Shown here in pieces: positions 1-11,094 of a stretch of DNA of 46,137 nucleotides. The DNA is from Hyphochytrium catenoides. Its lineage: Eukaryota > Protista > Hyphochytriomycota. The position numbers were made by a program, and so were the translations under genes. A model generated the notes under the pieces. The model saw nothing but the letters and a program-made list of their open reading frames with translations. It did no database searches and had not been told where the DNA came from. The stretch's first letter is position 1, and every line of letters begins with the position of its first letter. The DNA lies in NCBI GenBank assembly GCA_900088475.1, contig FLMG01000007.1, forward strand, positions 1 to 46,137. Direction: 5' to 3'.

Positions 1-342
1 TTCAGCAGGGACGGCGAGGCCCTCTCGCACTACCCGTGTGAAGCTAGTGGCAGGGGCGGCAGCGTTCTTGCAGGTGTTCACAACTTTGACGGTGTTGTCA
101 GCATTAAGAGTGTAGGTTGCCACAGTGCACTCGCAGCCTCTTTGGAATGTTAATCTCTGAAACTCGCTGTTGAAGATCTCAAACCATTGTCCCTGATAGC
201 TCTCGAGGTCGAAAGGCTCAACAAGACGTTGGTCCGCGTAGCTGCAATCCGGGGTTGGAAAAGGCTGAGCAGAGGTCTGAGCTGCTGAGGCTAGCAATGT
301 AGCTACCACTAGTGCAAAGGAGGAGGACATTACCGAGACCAT
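1..342 (-). CDS. Secreted lipocalin (ApoD/Blc-like), 5' part only, truncated by the window edge
   Basis: Not in the ORF track because no stop lies inside the window. The reverse complement from ATG at 342 reads MVSVMSSSFALVVATLLASAAQTSAQPFPTPDCSYADQRLVEPFDLESYQGQWFEIFNSEFQRLTFQRGCECTVATYTLNADNTVKVVNTCKN... It has a hydrophobic signal peptide, lipocalin SCR1 (FDLESYQGQWFEI), and CxCT..ATY and VVNTC motifs. Confidence 0.88.
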   Translation of the reverse strand, partial: MVSVMSSSFALVVATLLASAAQTSAQPFPTPDCSYADQRLVEPFDLESYQGQWFEIFNSEFQRLTFQRGCECTVATYTLNADNTVKVVNTCKNAAAPATSFTRVVREGLAVPAE

Positions 343-3099
343 TTTGCTGAGGTGGAGGTTGAAAGTCTCGGTGTGCTTGAACACGGAAGAGAACGGCCCG
401 TTCGGAGCAGTCAGGATCTTCTCTGAGTCACTTGTGCGGTGCGCTGCGAATGGAAGAATGAGCAAACTTTGACGACCCGAAAAAATTGTTGGACATTTGC
501 GAGTGAGAAGAAAAAGCTGCTTGTGTCTTTGCTTCTTGTCTTCTCTGAGGCTTTCTATCGCCTTCTTGGTCTCTGGACTGGCTCTCTCCCTACCAGCACC
601 AGTTCTGTATCTCTGTTGCAGCAGCTATATTTCAGAAAGAGTTGATTGAGCAGAAGGTGGCAGGTAAAGCCAGCCAGGGTTGGTGATCAAAAGGCTCTAG
701 TAGACGGCGTTCAAGAGAAGGTAGCGGTCATCTCTTAAGGCGGCGGGACTGCATACTCTGTGCACTCAGAAATTGTGCTCTATTGCCTCTCTTTACCAAA
801 GATAGGAGAGGAAGGCAGGTTCATTTTTTGATGCGGTACTCCCAAGGTCTGCCTAGCATTGGCTATCGCAGGGAAAGGACCAGGACTGTGCAGAGTCTAT
901 CCAGTGCAGAAAGAGCGAGAGGGGATTGAGGAAAGACTCTCATCAGAACGCCGTATACGACCAGGAAGAGACGGAACAGAACATGCCAAAGTGTCTATGT
1001 ATAAGATCTTTACGTCATTCTCAAGCTACTCCTACATGTTGCCATAACAGATGTACAGATGTAGGGTATGTTGTTCTTTTTTCTTCCCCCGCCAAGCTCC
1101 TTTTTGGTTCCCTCTTTCCTCCCTGCCATCAACGATATCAATGGCTCGAGTTCATGAGTTCCTATCATTGCTGGGCAGACGAGGATGGATGCAAGACACG
1201 TCCTAGACCCGCCGCCTCGCTCATTTTCCGTCACTCGTCCCCCGGTGTGGAGTTAGTAGTTATTTAGTAGAGATGCAGTGAGTGGACCTATACCAACCTA
1301 GCCTCTAGAACTATACCTTCCTGGTTAGACTCTTGTGCATCTGGTCTCTCCTTCTTCTTCGCTGCACCGCAGCACCAGCCGTCACCAGACAGAGAAGAAG
1401 AAGATCAAGGAAGAATCACAAAGCACTCTCGCTGCAAATCTTATGTATGGACTTTCTCGTCAGATCAGCTTACACCGGCCACTAAAACGGTAGTGATAGT
1501 GCTTTCACAGTGGCAGGCGTTCTACTCATAATAAACAGCTCCTACTCTGACTCCTAGGCCGATGAATCGACTAGAGCCAGAGGAAAAGAGTGAAGCAATG
1601 CATTAACACAGTGTTTCGAGTATTATTGCCCAGAGTATGTGCTCCTTCCTTGCTCCAGCGAGACAGACGATGTGTCAACAGGACGAGACTCTTCGACAAC
1701 GTTCCATTGCACTGTACAACTATATGTGGACGGAATAAATGGTTTCCCGCTTGTTTCACAGGGGAAGGACCATTCAGTTCCCTACGTACTCTATCCTCGA
1801 CGGACAGGTGATCCAGGATAGCTTCAAGGATAGACGTGTGAGGTAAGGGAAGAGGAAGATATCATAGAAGTGTACGGGGTAAAGTCTTCGCAGTCTCTTC
1901 CAAGGAGTCTACACTCTTTCATAGGCCTCCCTCTTCTGCCTGAGGAGCTTAACGAGGCATGGACTTTTCTAGAGGAAGAGAAACTGTTCAGCCTAACAGT
2001 AGTAAGGAAGTCTCTCCTTCTGCCATTCGGTTTGACGGAAGCCTAAGACGAGGCGACCAATCTCGCTGCATTGTCCTATTCTAGCGGCTGCCCAGCCAAT
2101 TGTCTTATTAGTCTTATCGGCTAACAAGCGGGATGACCTCCGAAATGATTTGCTGGTTCTTCCCAGGGACTGGGGCCCGCATTCCTTGAGACCCAGTCGT
2201 GTATGTTCGGCCGCTATTCCCTTTGCTAGTCAGGACATGAAGGCTAAGGTTAGTACACGGTTAGAGGATCGGAGGGTCAGGGTTTTCTTGCAGTCTCACG
2301 GGCTCGCACGTACGGTAGCTCTACGAGGGCACCGCTGATGGGATAACAGGAAGGAAAGGCCATCTTTCGCCACAAGAAGTGCTTCAAAGGTCTCAGAAGT
2401 GCCTTGTAGCTCACTGGAACAGGCTTTCTCTCATGGAAGGTTCAACGGCCTGGCCGGCGAACGAGGTCACGCTTTAGAATCAACATCACCTTTCGCTTCT
2501 AGGCTTTGCTGCGCCTTCGGCAACGAAGTGATCCTCACTCAGTGAACAGCTTTTCGAAAACTATGTTCCACGGGTGGCGAGCTTGGGAGGTAGAGCCGGA
2601 GTGAAAGACGTGTTCGACAATCATGAGCATGCTTCGGGCCCTTGAGAGGCGTCTACTCTATCGCCATCCATCTTCCCCGCCCAGTGATATGAGCTTAAAA
2701 AGCTGCTCAGTGGTTGGCACCCGTCGTATCTGCCGTGCACTGTTTCGTCTCACCCCTTTCGTCCTTCTTTGCTCTCAGGCGTTCTGCCTAACCTCGCTTG
2801 AACGCTTATCTCTGTCTCCTCTCTCTCTCACTCTGTTCACTTGCATCCCACTTTAAGCTCCACCATCAAAGCTCCAAATCGCTACCCTTCCCTCCGCTAT
2901 CCCTTCCTTATTGCTGCTTTACTTGCGGTGGCCAAGAGTGACGAGGAATGAACTCTAAAAACCTGACCAACGCGGAGCATGACCTACAACCAGAACCTCA
3001 GACCGCAGAACTTTATTCGTCGCCACCACATTGCTGGCTCCCTAATTCTGACAGTCTGTCATGACAAACAGCTATCTGTCGCATCTAAGCTTCTTGGCC

Positions 3100-6000
3100 C
3101 TAGTCTTCCTCGCCGTCTCTAAGCTGCTCTTCAACTGTTTCGTCCTTTTCCTGGTCCTTTTCCTTGTTATCCACCCCCTCGTCCGTATACTCCTGGACTG
3201 CACCTCCTCGCCATCCCTCAGGGAATCCACGAGTGCCGTCAGGACCCTTAGCCATCCGCGACTCCACCATTGGCGTCATGCCTGCCTCCCGCATCTTCCG
3301 CTGTTGGGCAGGAGTTAGACAAAGGAGTTTAGCCAGAGTTTACGAAGGCTTTCTATCAATAAGGCCAAGTAGCAGGATAATACCTTGAGCTGCTCGTTAG
3401 CCCGACGAACTGATTGCTCCTCAGGTTTCCGTACGAAGCGCACATCTGTCGCCCGAACCTTCCCATTGACAGAAGAGTAGCTGAAGGTCACTTCATCTCC
3501 CTCAGCCAACTCTGTCCCTGATAATATAAGCTTTGCTTGAGTCCTTGACGTCTCGTTAGCAGTATCGATAGAATAGAGCTAGTTTTACCTTCCACCACGT
3601 CTTCTACCGCAAACGGCACGAAGGCATCCTCTTCAAAGCCCTGGCGACGGCTCTCTCTTCCTGAAGGAGGACCTGCAGGAGATGTTCTCCGTATCCGACC
3701 CGATGTGTCCTTGACCGACTCCACAACGCCACTATGGACTTTCCTCTATTCAGACCATGCAAGCGCTGAGTTAGCATCAGTAACAGAGAGATCGCGGATC
3801 CCGCGCAACAGTTGAAGTTGATGAACAGCGAGAAGTTAGAGGAAGTTACTTTAGAAAGATCTGCTAACCCGTCAAATAAGCAAGTATCGAAGAGGTCGAG
3901 ATGAAAGAAACTAGCGAGTTTCTGGGCAGGATAATGCTCTGCCGTGTTCCCACCTCGATACAGCTGATCGCTGTCGCGCGGATAGTCCTGCCACTAGGGC
4001 CCTTAATAAGACTAAACGAGACTTTGTCTCCTACGTGGAGCTCGCCATAGCCACTATCATCTGAGCCATTGTCAGGGCAGGATGAAGAAAGAGACAAAAA
4101 GCTTATGAGCATGCGAGACTATCATGCGCCAGTGAGTCAGACAGCGGAGCAAGGGCAATTATTGCGAAAGGATAGTGAGAAAGATGGGAGAGATACTTAG
4201 GAGCAACAGACAGCGAAGTAAAGCGAAAATGAAAACATTAGTCCATGACGGCCAGCTGCCCCTAACCTGCTTCAACGTCGGCGCTGGTGAAGTTTACTCT
4301 TCTTATCTTCCCCTCGTTGCTGGAGCTTGTAGCAGGAGTGTCTACCGCTATGTCACATACATGAACACAGTGAGTTTGTCCAGAAAGTCCTAAGAGAGTA
4401 GCCGGCACGGCCAAATAGAAGGCTGGGAAAGGATAGAAGAGGAGGAGACCGACAAAAAGGAGATGGGGAGAGCCAAGAGGTCACGATCAACGTCAATAGA
4501 GTACCTGCCGCCTCTGAAGTGCCATCCTGTCCTGCTTGTTGCGAGCTGTCTACCTTTTCTTCCTCTCCTTTTTGTGATTCACTGGTCTGTTGCGCAACCT
4601 GCAGTCCAAATGTGAGCGCACGTCATGAGGCTCCCCAGCGTACAAGGTTCTGTACCTTAAAGGCTATAATACCACCACCTCTGACGTCGCCTGATCCCTC
4701 GCCACCTTTCTCCTGCGAAAAGGTTTGCCCATGCCTTCCTCTTCGCCTAACCTCTCTCTCCACCTCGCCTGCTAGCCTTTCCTCCTGCACTTGCTCTTTA
4801 ATTTCCACATTCACAGCATTCCACTTCTGCGTGCGAGAGTTAAACCGCGGATGAAACTCAAGCTCGTCGCCTATCTCCAGGGGCAGACCTATTCAATAAG
4901 GGCCGCAGAAGGATGTCGTCACAGAGGTGAGAGAGGACAAAGACCACATCGATACCAGGAGTTCGCTCAAAGCGAAAGCGAAGAAGCAGGGTAGAAAGAG
5001 AACTAACGGCATGGACGAGTGTGATTGGTCCTGCGCGGTAAGACAGAGGTGGATGGCGCCAGATAACCAACGTGAATTCGTAAAGAAATGTCCGCGAACC
5101 GGGCCACGGCATCAAAGAGAGCATGGAAGCCTTGATATAGAAGGATGATAGGATTGAAGGCAGTGCATGCATAGAGAACGAGGATACGTCATGGAAGCAG
5201 AACCCAAAGACAGAGACAATATGGAAGCTCAACGTGCGACGAAGAAGTGACTGTCAAGTACTATTGCTTGGCCCTATCGAGAGATGCTTACCCCCAATTT
5301 TCTGGTTCTGTATCTCTGAGAGGTGGAAGAACATCTCCTCTCGAGAGTCATCAAGCTTCATCACAAAGCCATAGGTATCCTTGAGGCCCGAGACCTTTCC
5401 CAGGGTCTTTTTGGATGCCTCCACATAGGTGACATTGCGCGCGACAACCTACAGGTGTAGGGGGAGAGAAGGGCCCAACATTGAGAGGAGTCAATCGTCA
5501 GCTCTTTAATCACTGTTCCGATGGCTAGTAAACCTTCGAAGTTCTCTCAACCCCTAATGCCTTGTCGTAGTCATTTGGAACAACTCCAGATAACGATAAC
5601 AACCATTAGTCTAACCCGAAGCCAAAGATGACAGCAGTCTCGTGAACTAAAGACACTTCCGTCCAATCCTCCTTCTATTTTTTTACCTTCCCGGATCTGC
5701 GATTCAGGAAGGCGTCAAAGGTGACCACGTCACCCTCTTGAAGCTCTCTCTGCAAGTCTGAGAGGGAATCTGTCGAAAAGAAGGCTACCATCTCATACTC
5801 TTCAGCTTCCTCTACTTTCCGGTCATTCTCCACCTTCTCCTCGCCGTCTGGTGACATCTCAGAATCCTGCTCCTATGGAGCCAGTGAGCACCGAACAGCG
5901 CAGGGAAGCCCGGGTTAGTAGGGAGACGAGTTAGGGTGATAGCTTTGTAGGCGGTAGTGAAGGTTTGTGTGAAGCAGATAGACGGGAGATTAGAGCAATA

Positions 6001-9000
6001 GAGCCGAGCAAAGTTGCCCACCTGTTTTTTTAGCTTTATCTTGTTGTCTGTTAAGCTGCATCGCCAACCCGCCTTAGCCGCCCAGGACCTTAGAACCTTC
6101 GCCTCTTGTGCAGTCAGCTCTCCTGAGGCGCTGAATTGTTTGCTCGAAGCATTTTGCGCTCTCTCTGTCAGCTTTCTCAGGCGCGGGAAGTACCGCATCG
6201 GGTCTTCTTTCACGCTAAACCTTTACAATTTAAGGTGACATGTCAGCCCACTCTTTGCTGGTCCCCTAAACCTTGTATCACTCTTTCTCTTGCCACAACT
6301 GCTACACTTCACTTGCTCACTCTTTAATCCAGCCATCCCTCTTGGCCCTAGACGGAATACTCTCCTCCACAACGCTATCTCCGTCAGTTTAGATACTGGC
6401 CTTCCTTTATAAGGTTAAGCCATCATCATCTGTAGCGTCTATAACATTAAGCCCACTGCGTCCAATGACCCGATTGCCGCCAGATAACCAATGAGAGGCG
6501 CTGCACCCTTGAGCTATCGCCCGCTATAATCCTTCTTCTCCTTGTCAACTCTGAACCCGCAAGGCCAATAGCTGCTTACCGAATGGTTCCCTGGAGGGGC
6601 CTCTGCTGTTTACCTTGCCCTCGCCCCTGCTCCATTGCTCTCATCACCGTGCCACTAACGCCTTGCTCGACTTCCTCTTCCATCTTCACCGAGTCAGGAG
6701 GGAGGATCAAAACGCGATATGCTCGTTGTCCATCACCTCCTCGCCGCTCCGTCACATTAAACTCCACTGCGGATCCTAAATGTGCAGGAAGAAGAGGTAA
6801 CAGACGGTCAGAATGGAACCGGTCAAAGCCAGCCAGTTGACCTCCTCTCGACGTTTAAGGTCAAATTTTCTGAGTTCAAGAGAAGACATGTACAGGCAGA
6901 TATAAGCTCAGACGTCTAGTAGGACGCCAATTGTGCACGAGAGCTACATGCTTGAAGAACGCAAATGGAGGAGGTAGCAGCCTAGAATCCTGGTGGGACA
7001 CAGTATGTCTTCTTGTGACCAGGCCGAGAAGCTCAGAGCAAGTGAGCCAAGCCATACCTTCTGTTAGTTCTTGGTCTACGTTGATGATCTCAGACCTCCT
7101 AAAGTACAAGTCTCCTGGTCTATCTGCACACGTAATGAAGCCAAACTGGTCCTGCAGGGCCTTTACCAGGCCCTCTTCCCTGGCCTTTTCCCCGTCTTCT
7201 AGAAAGAGCTTCTCCACCTTCCTGACCAAAGCTCGCGTCTTTCCTGACCTCTTGTCTAGTCGCGTGTCGTAAAGAACTATGTCCCCCACTGCCAAGCTGA
7301 AACTTAGCATAATGTCACGACTATAGAAATCTACCAGGGTTGCAGAGTCTTGACCGAACGAGGGAGAAGAATCGAGGCCCTCTTTGTCGATTGGCGCAAT
7401 GGTTCCAGGGACGGATCCCTGGCCTCTTCCCTCNNNNNNNNNNNNNNNNNNNNNNNNNNNNNNNNNNNNNNNNNNNNNNNNNNNNNNNNNNNNNNNNNNN
7501 NNNNAGCAGCCTAACTCTGATGGCTTTATCTGCTTGTCGACCCTCGGCTGCGGCCAGCCTGTCGTCCTGCACTATGTAGAACGACACTGTAGAGACAGGT
7601 GGTGAATTACGTGATTGACGCAACGACCGCAAGGTCAGAGCAAGAGGGAGGACATAGCGTGGTCAGTCGGCTTCCCATCATGAAGCGGAGATCAGAAGCA
7701 TGACACAGCTAGGAGCTCTTTGAGGGGAAGGAATAACGGCAGATAGCAGGACATGCCTCTCAGCGAGAATTGAAGTGTGCAAGGGATTGACTAGAACATC
7801 ACGTTAATGGAAAGTTGCAAGCCAACAAGCTACGCGACGAGTAAAACAAGTCACACACAAGTAAAAGTCAGGAGTAGACGGCTGAGGGGGAACACAGATA
7901 TGTGACCCACCTTCGTCCCCTGGTCGCGGATTACCCTCATCCAGGAGCTCTGAGAAGTGGAAGTACAGGGGCTTTGGGCGGTCCAGGCAGCGGATAAAAC
8001 CAAAAGATTCCTTCACTGATGAGATCTCTCCTGAATATAGGTGCCACCATGAAAGTTAGCCCTTGACCTCCCGTTCCCCTTCTTCTCTCTCCGGCTTGTT
8101 CTAAGTTTTCATTAGCAGAGCCTCCTTTGTCATCCTCTTCTGTCCCGAGGGCGAGCCTTACCACTAAACTGCGCCGTTCTAATGCTGACATATAGTCAAC
8201 AATTTTCTTCCTTGCCTTCCTCGAACTCCTCCTCTAAAGCACACAGCTCGTTCTTCAATCACAATCTGTGGGCTGCCTGCCTTAAGCTCTACTCCATCAT
8301 CTGCCTTCAAAGAGCCATTTTCACCTTTCCGCCACTCTTCTGCTGTCGTGTTACCTCCTCTCTCTCTGCCAGTCTTTGCCTTTCCTCTTTGCAAGCTCAA
8401 GGTCTCGCCTATATTCTCTTAGGTCTAAGTCTCTCACCTTGCTGTTCCTGGCCGTCTTCTTCTGAATGGCTTGCCTCCCCTGCTTTTAGGAAGTTGACCT
8501 GACATGCTCTAGTCTGCTTGGATAGGAGTGAAGTTGCAACTCTAAACTCCACCTCATCACCCCTCTCTAGCACTCTCTACAGAAATAGCGACAAGTCACG
8601 CCAGCGTAAGCTACATGGATGCTCAATGCGGTGAAGACCACTTGCGGAGCCGCATTCAGTATAAAAAATGTAAGACCGTGTCACGGCGTTTGAGGGATGA
8701 GGGAGCCGAATAAGGAGGTGAGTAAAGAAAGAAAGCTAGGCATATTTGATAAGAACAAAACGAGATATTCTCCCGCTACCTCTTTATCTTCTGTGTCTGC
8801 GAGCGAGTATGGGTACCGCCTGTCTGTAGCTAAAAGAGGCCAGAGTATGCGGAGTATTGCGACGTATACCTTAGCGCAGAAACCCTCATCACTCAAACTG
8901 TTCAAGACTTCTTACCGGTTCCTTCTGACAGCTCTATGATCTCCCCTAAAGACCTGAAATCTTTTCCACCAGAGGCACTAGTCGATGGTCTTGCTGGTCG

Positions 9001-10082
9001 AGTCACCCTCCCTGTCAGCACCTCGCTGCCGATGCTTGTCTCTTCAACTGAACCCTGTTTGAAGGGGAAAGCAATTGGTAGCGAGCACGCAGATGAGAAT
9101 CCGTTTTAGGAAGGATAATGTGGGTCCAAGGCGATACGATGGACGCAGGGGAAAGAGCAACGGAGTGATATAAAGATTGGAAGAGAGGAAAGCAAAGAGA
9201 AAGAGAGAGAAGTAAAATATGGATAAGAGGTAAAGGAGGTAGTCCAGGTTCGGAGGCCTGCGCCAATGTGGGCATCGACCTTTGGCAGTTTTGTCAACCG
9301 AATGCCTGTCAGTTTCCTACTCCTGGGATTCACGTGGGCAGAGAATTCAACTGCGTCTCCAACCACGAGCTCTTCGTCACATTCACTGAAGTGAAAGAAA
9401 AGATCCTCCCGCCGTGACGGGCTGCGGATAAAGCCAAAGTTCTCCTTTGTCAAGCATACGATACCACGCTCTCTAACAGAGCAGGGAGTAAGAGACGAAG
9501 AGTGTTAGGGAAGAGAGAAACTGATGCACGACTTTACAGTTGGTTAGGAAACCGCGGAGACAACAGCCGCGAGAGCCGCGGAAGCTCTTAATAGTCGACG
9601 TTTTCCCAAGGGTTTGAAGGATGAAGTGAACTAGGGAACAAAAAGCCAAGTCAAAGTGCACAGAGAGCATAGTACAGAGAGATGCATCGGGCATGTGTGA
9701 ACCTATATGTGTGGGGATGGATAGGGCCAGAAACAACAAAGGTAACGTTGCCATGGTGGCTGCACCCTACCTCTCACCCTGGTCGCCACGTGCCCACTCC
9801 CTTCCACCACTGTCACCCCATCTGCGGTCAGAGCGCTGGTATTCTTCATCCTCTCGGACGTCTGAACCATCCTGCATGCTGTTATAGTGACGATTACCGC
9901 GTCCTCTCTGTCGGACCTCTGCAAGCACTAGACTGAGTTCGTCTCCCAGACAAAGGTCCCAACAACAAAGTCTCACCTCTCCTCTCATAGCCTCCACTAG
10001 ACCTATATCCATAGCCATCCTCATACTGTCGGCCTTGTCCCTGCCTTGACCGATCACCTCCTCTGGACGTGTATGATGACAT
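3100..10082 (-). CDS. CSDE1: CSDE1/UNR-like multi-cold-shock-domain RNA-binding protein (multi-exon)
   Basis: Spliced exons give four canonical CSDs with RNP1/RNP2 motifs (KENFGFI..LFFHFSE; KESFGFI..LYFHFSE; QDQFGFI..LYFRRSE; KDTYGFV..MFFHLSE). These alternate with non-canonical CSDs that keep GDxVxF. There is an RG-rich N-terminus and a C-terminal SUZ-C-type motif (SRMAKGPDGTRGF). Stop is TAG at 3100. The start may extend to ATG 10366 through one more in-frame GT-AG intron. An N-gap interrupts one exon. Confidence 0.85.
7434..7504. other. Assembly gap (71 N) inside a coding exon of the CSDE1-like gene
   Basis: Run of N. The flanking frames (...KAIRVRL / EGRGQGSVPGTI...) are not in register across 71 nt, so the gap length is probably an estimate. 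Confidence 0.95.
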
Positions 10083-10814
10083 TCCACCGGTAACTCTAAG
10101 TAGGCTTAGTTAACGGCTATGTTCTTCTGGGCTGATGAGATGCCCCAAGTCGAGCGCAGATGTGAGGAACAGGTAGAGCAAAGCAAATGTGGTGGGTACT
10201 TTAGGGGCTATCCCGGTGAAGCGGTAATAGGGTACAAGAGGCGTATCGTCAAGAGGATCAGCCACAAGTCTCTCTCATGGTTTCACTCGGCGGCTTCAGA
10301 GAGGGAGTCCCGATCTTCGTTTGACATGCTGATCATGTCCTCCCTCTTCCTACTTCCTGCCTCCATCGAGCTGCACTCTCTATCTTCGCCTCCTCTTCTG
10401 CAGACGGAGACTGGCCAGAGAACTGAAGCCGTTCTGATGATCTTTTGCGTTCTGTCTGTCTGCCCGCCGCCACTGCCCCTAATCTCCCATCTCCCAACGC
10501 CTCACATAAATGCAGGCCGTGCTAATCGTAAATATATGCGGCTTTAGAGCGTTTATTCTGTTAACCATAGCGGATACGACGTGGGTGATGCCATCTTGGG
10601 CTGTACAGGAGGGTACGTGGTGCAACCTTACGATGTGTCTGTTGTGTGCTGGCTGTTTGCCTCGGCTGATACGCTGTTCTGAATAGGTTGTGCAAATATT
10701 ACGCTTATCCATGATTAGCATACAATCGGTTCCATTTCGGGAACTTCCTTCTGAAGTACGAGTGAAAGGACGAAAGGACACATCACAGACTTGACACATC
10801 CTGCAAAGGGACAG

Positions 10815-10945
10815 AGCAAGCAAGGGCAGAGAGAGAGAGGCCAGGATGAGAAGGGAGCAAGGAGCAAGAGAATGAGAGAAGGGACAGACAGAGAAAGAAG
10901 AAGAGAGAAGAGAAAGAACCAGAGAGAGAAGGGAAGAGTGACAAC
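10815..10945. repeat. GA-rich (CT-rich on minus strand) low-complexity tract between the divergent CSDE1-like and phosducin genes
   Basis: Nearly pure purine run (gagagagagg...gagaaagaagaagagagaagagaaag). It probably lies in the pyrimidine-rich leader or promoter of the minus-strand gene (inference). Confidence 0.6.
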
Positions 10946-11094
10946 CCATCTTCCTCTGACCGGCGATAAGCGCGAGACAAGAGACGAGGACTAAGGAAGA
11001 CAACTGGCCCGAGACAGTCAGATCATTTGTGGAGACACGGGCAACACCCTAAGCAGAGAGCCAGCTATCATCTCCAGAACCAGTGCTGGCTACG

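Noticed and set aside
495-1440. Weak inverted similarity between 495-547 and 1390-1440
   Set aside because: Both segments are purine/pyrimidine-skewed low-complexity sequence and the alignment needs several gaps; chance is likely.
6371-6440. Intronic C/D-box snoRNA candidate on the minus strand (ATGATGA ... CTGA, flanked by ACGCTA/TAGCGT)
   Set aside because: Only 35 nt between the boxes, no internal D'/C' boxes, the D box is not adjacent to the stem, and there is no convincing rRNA complementarity of 10 nt or more.
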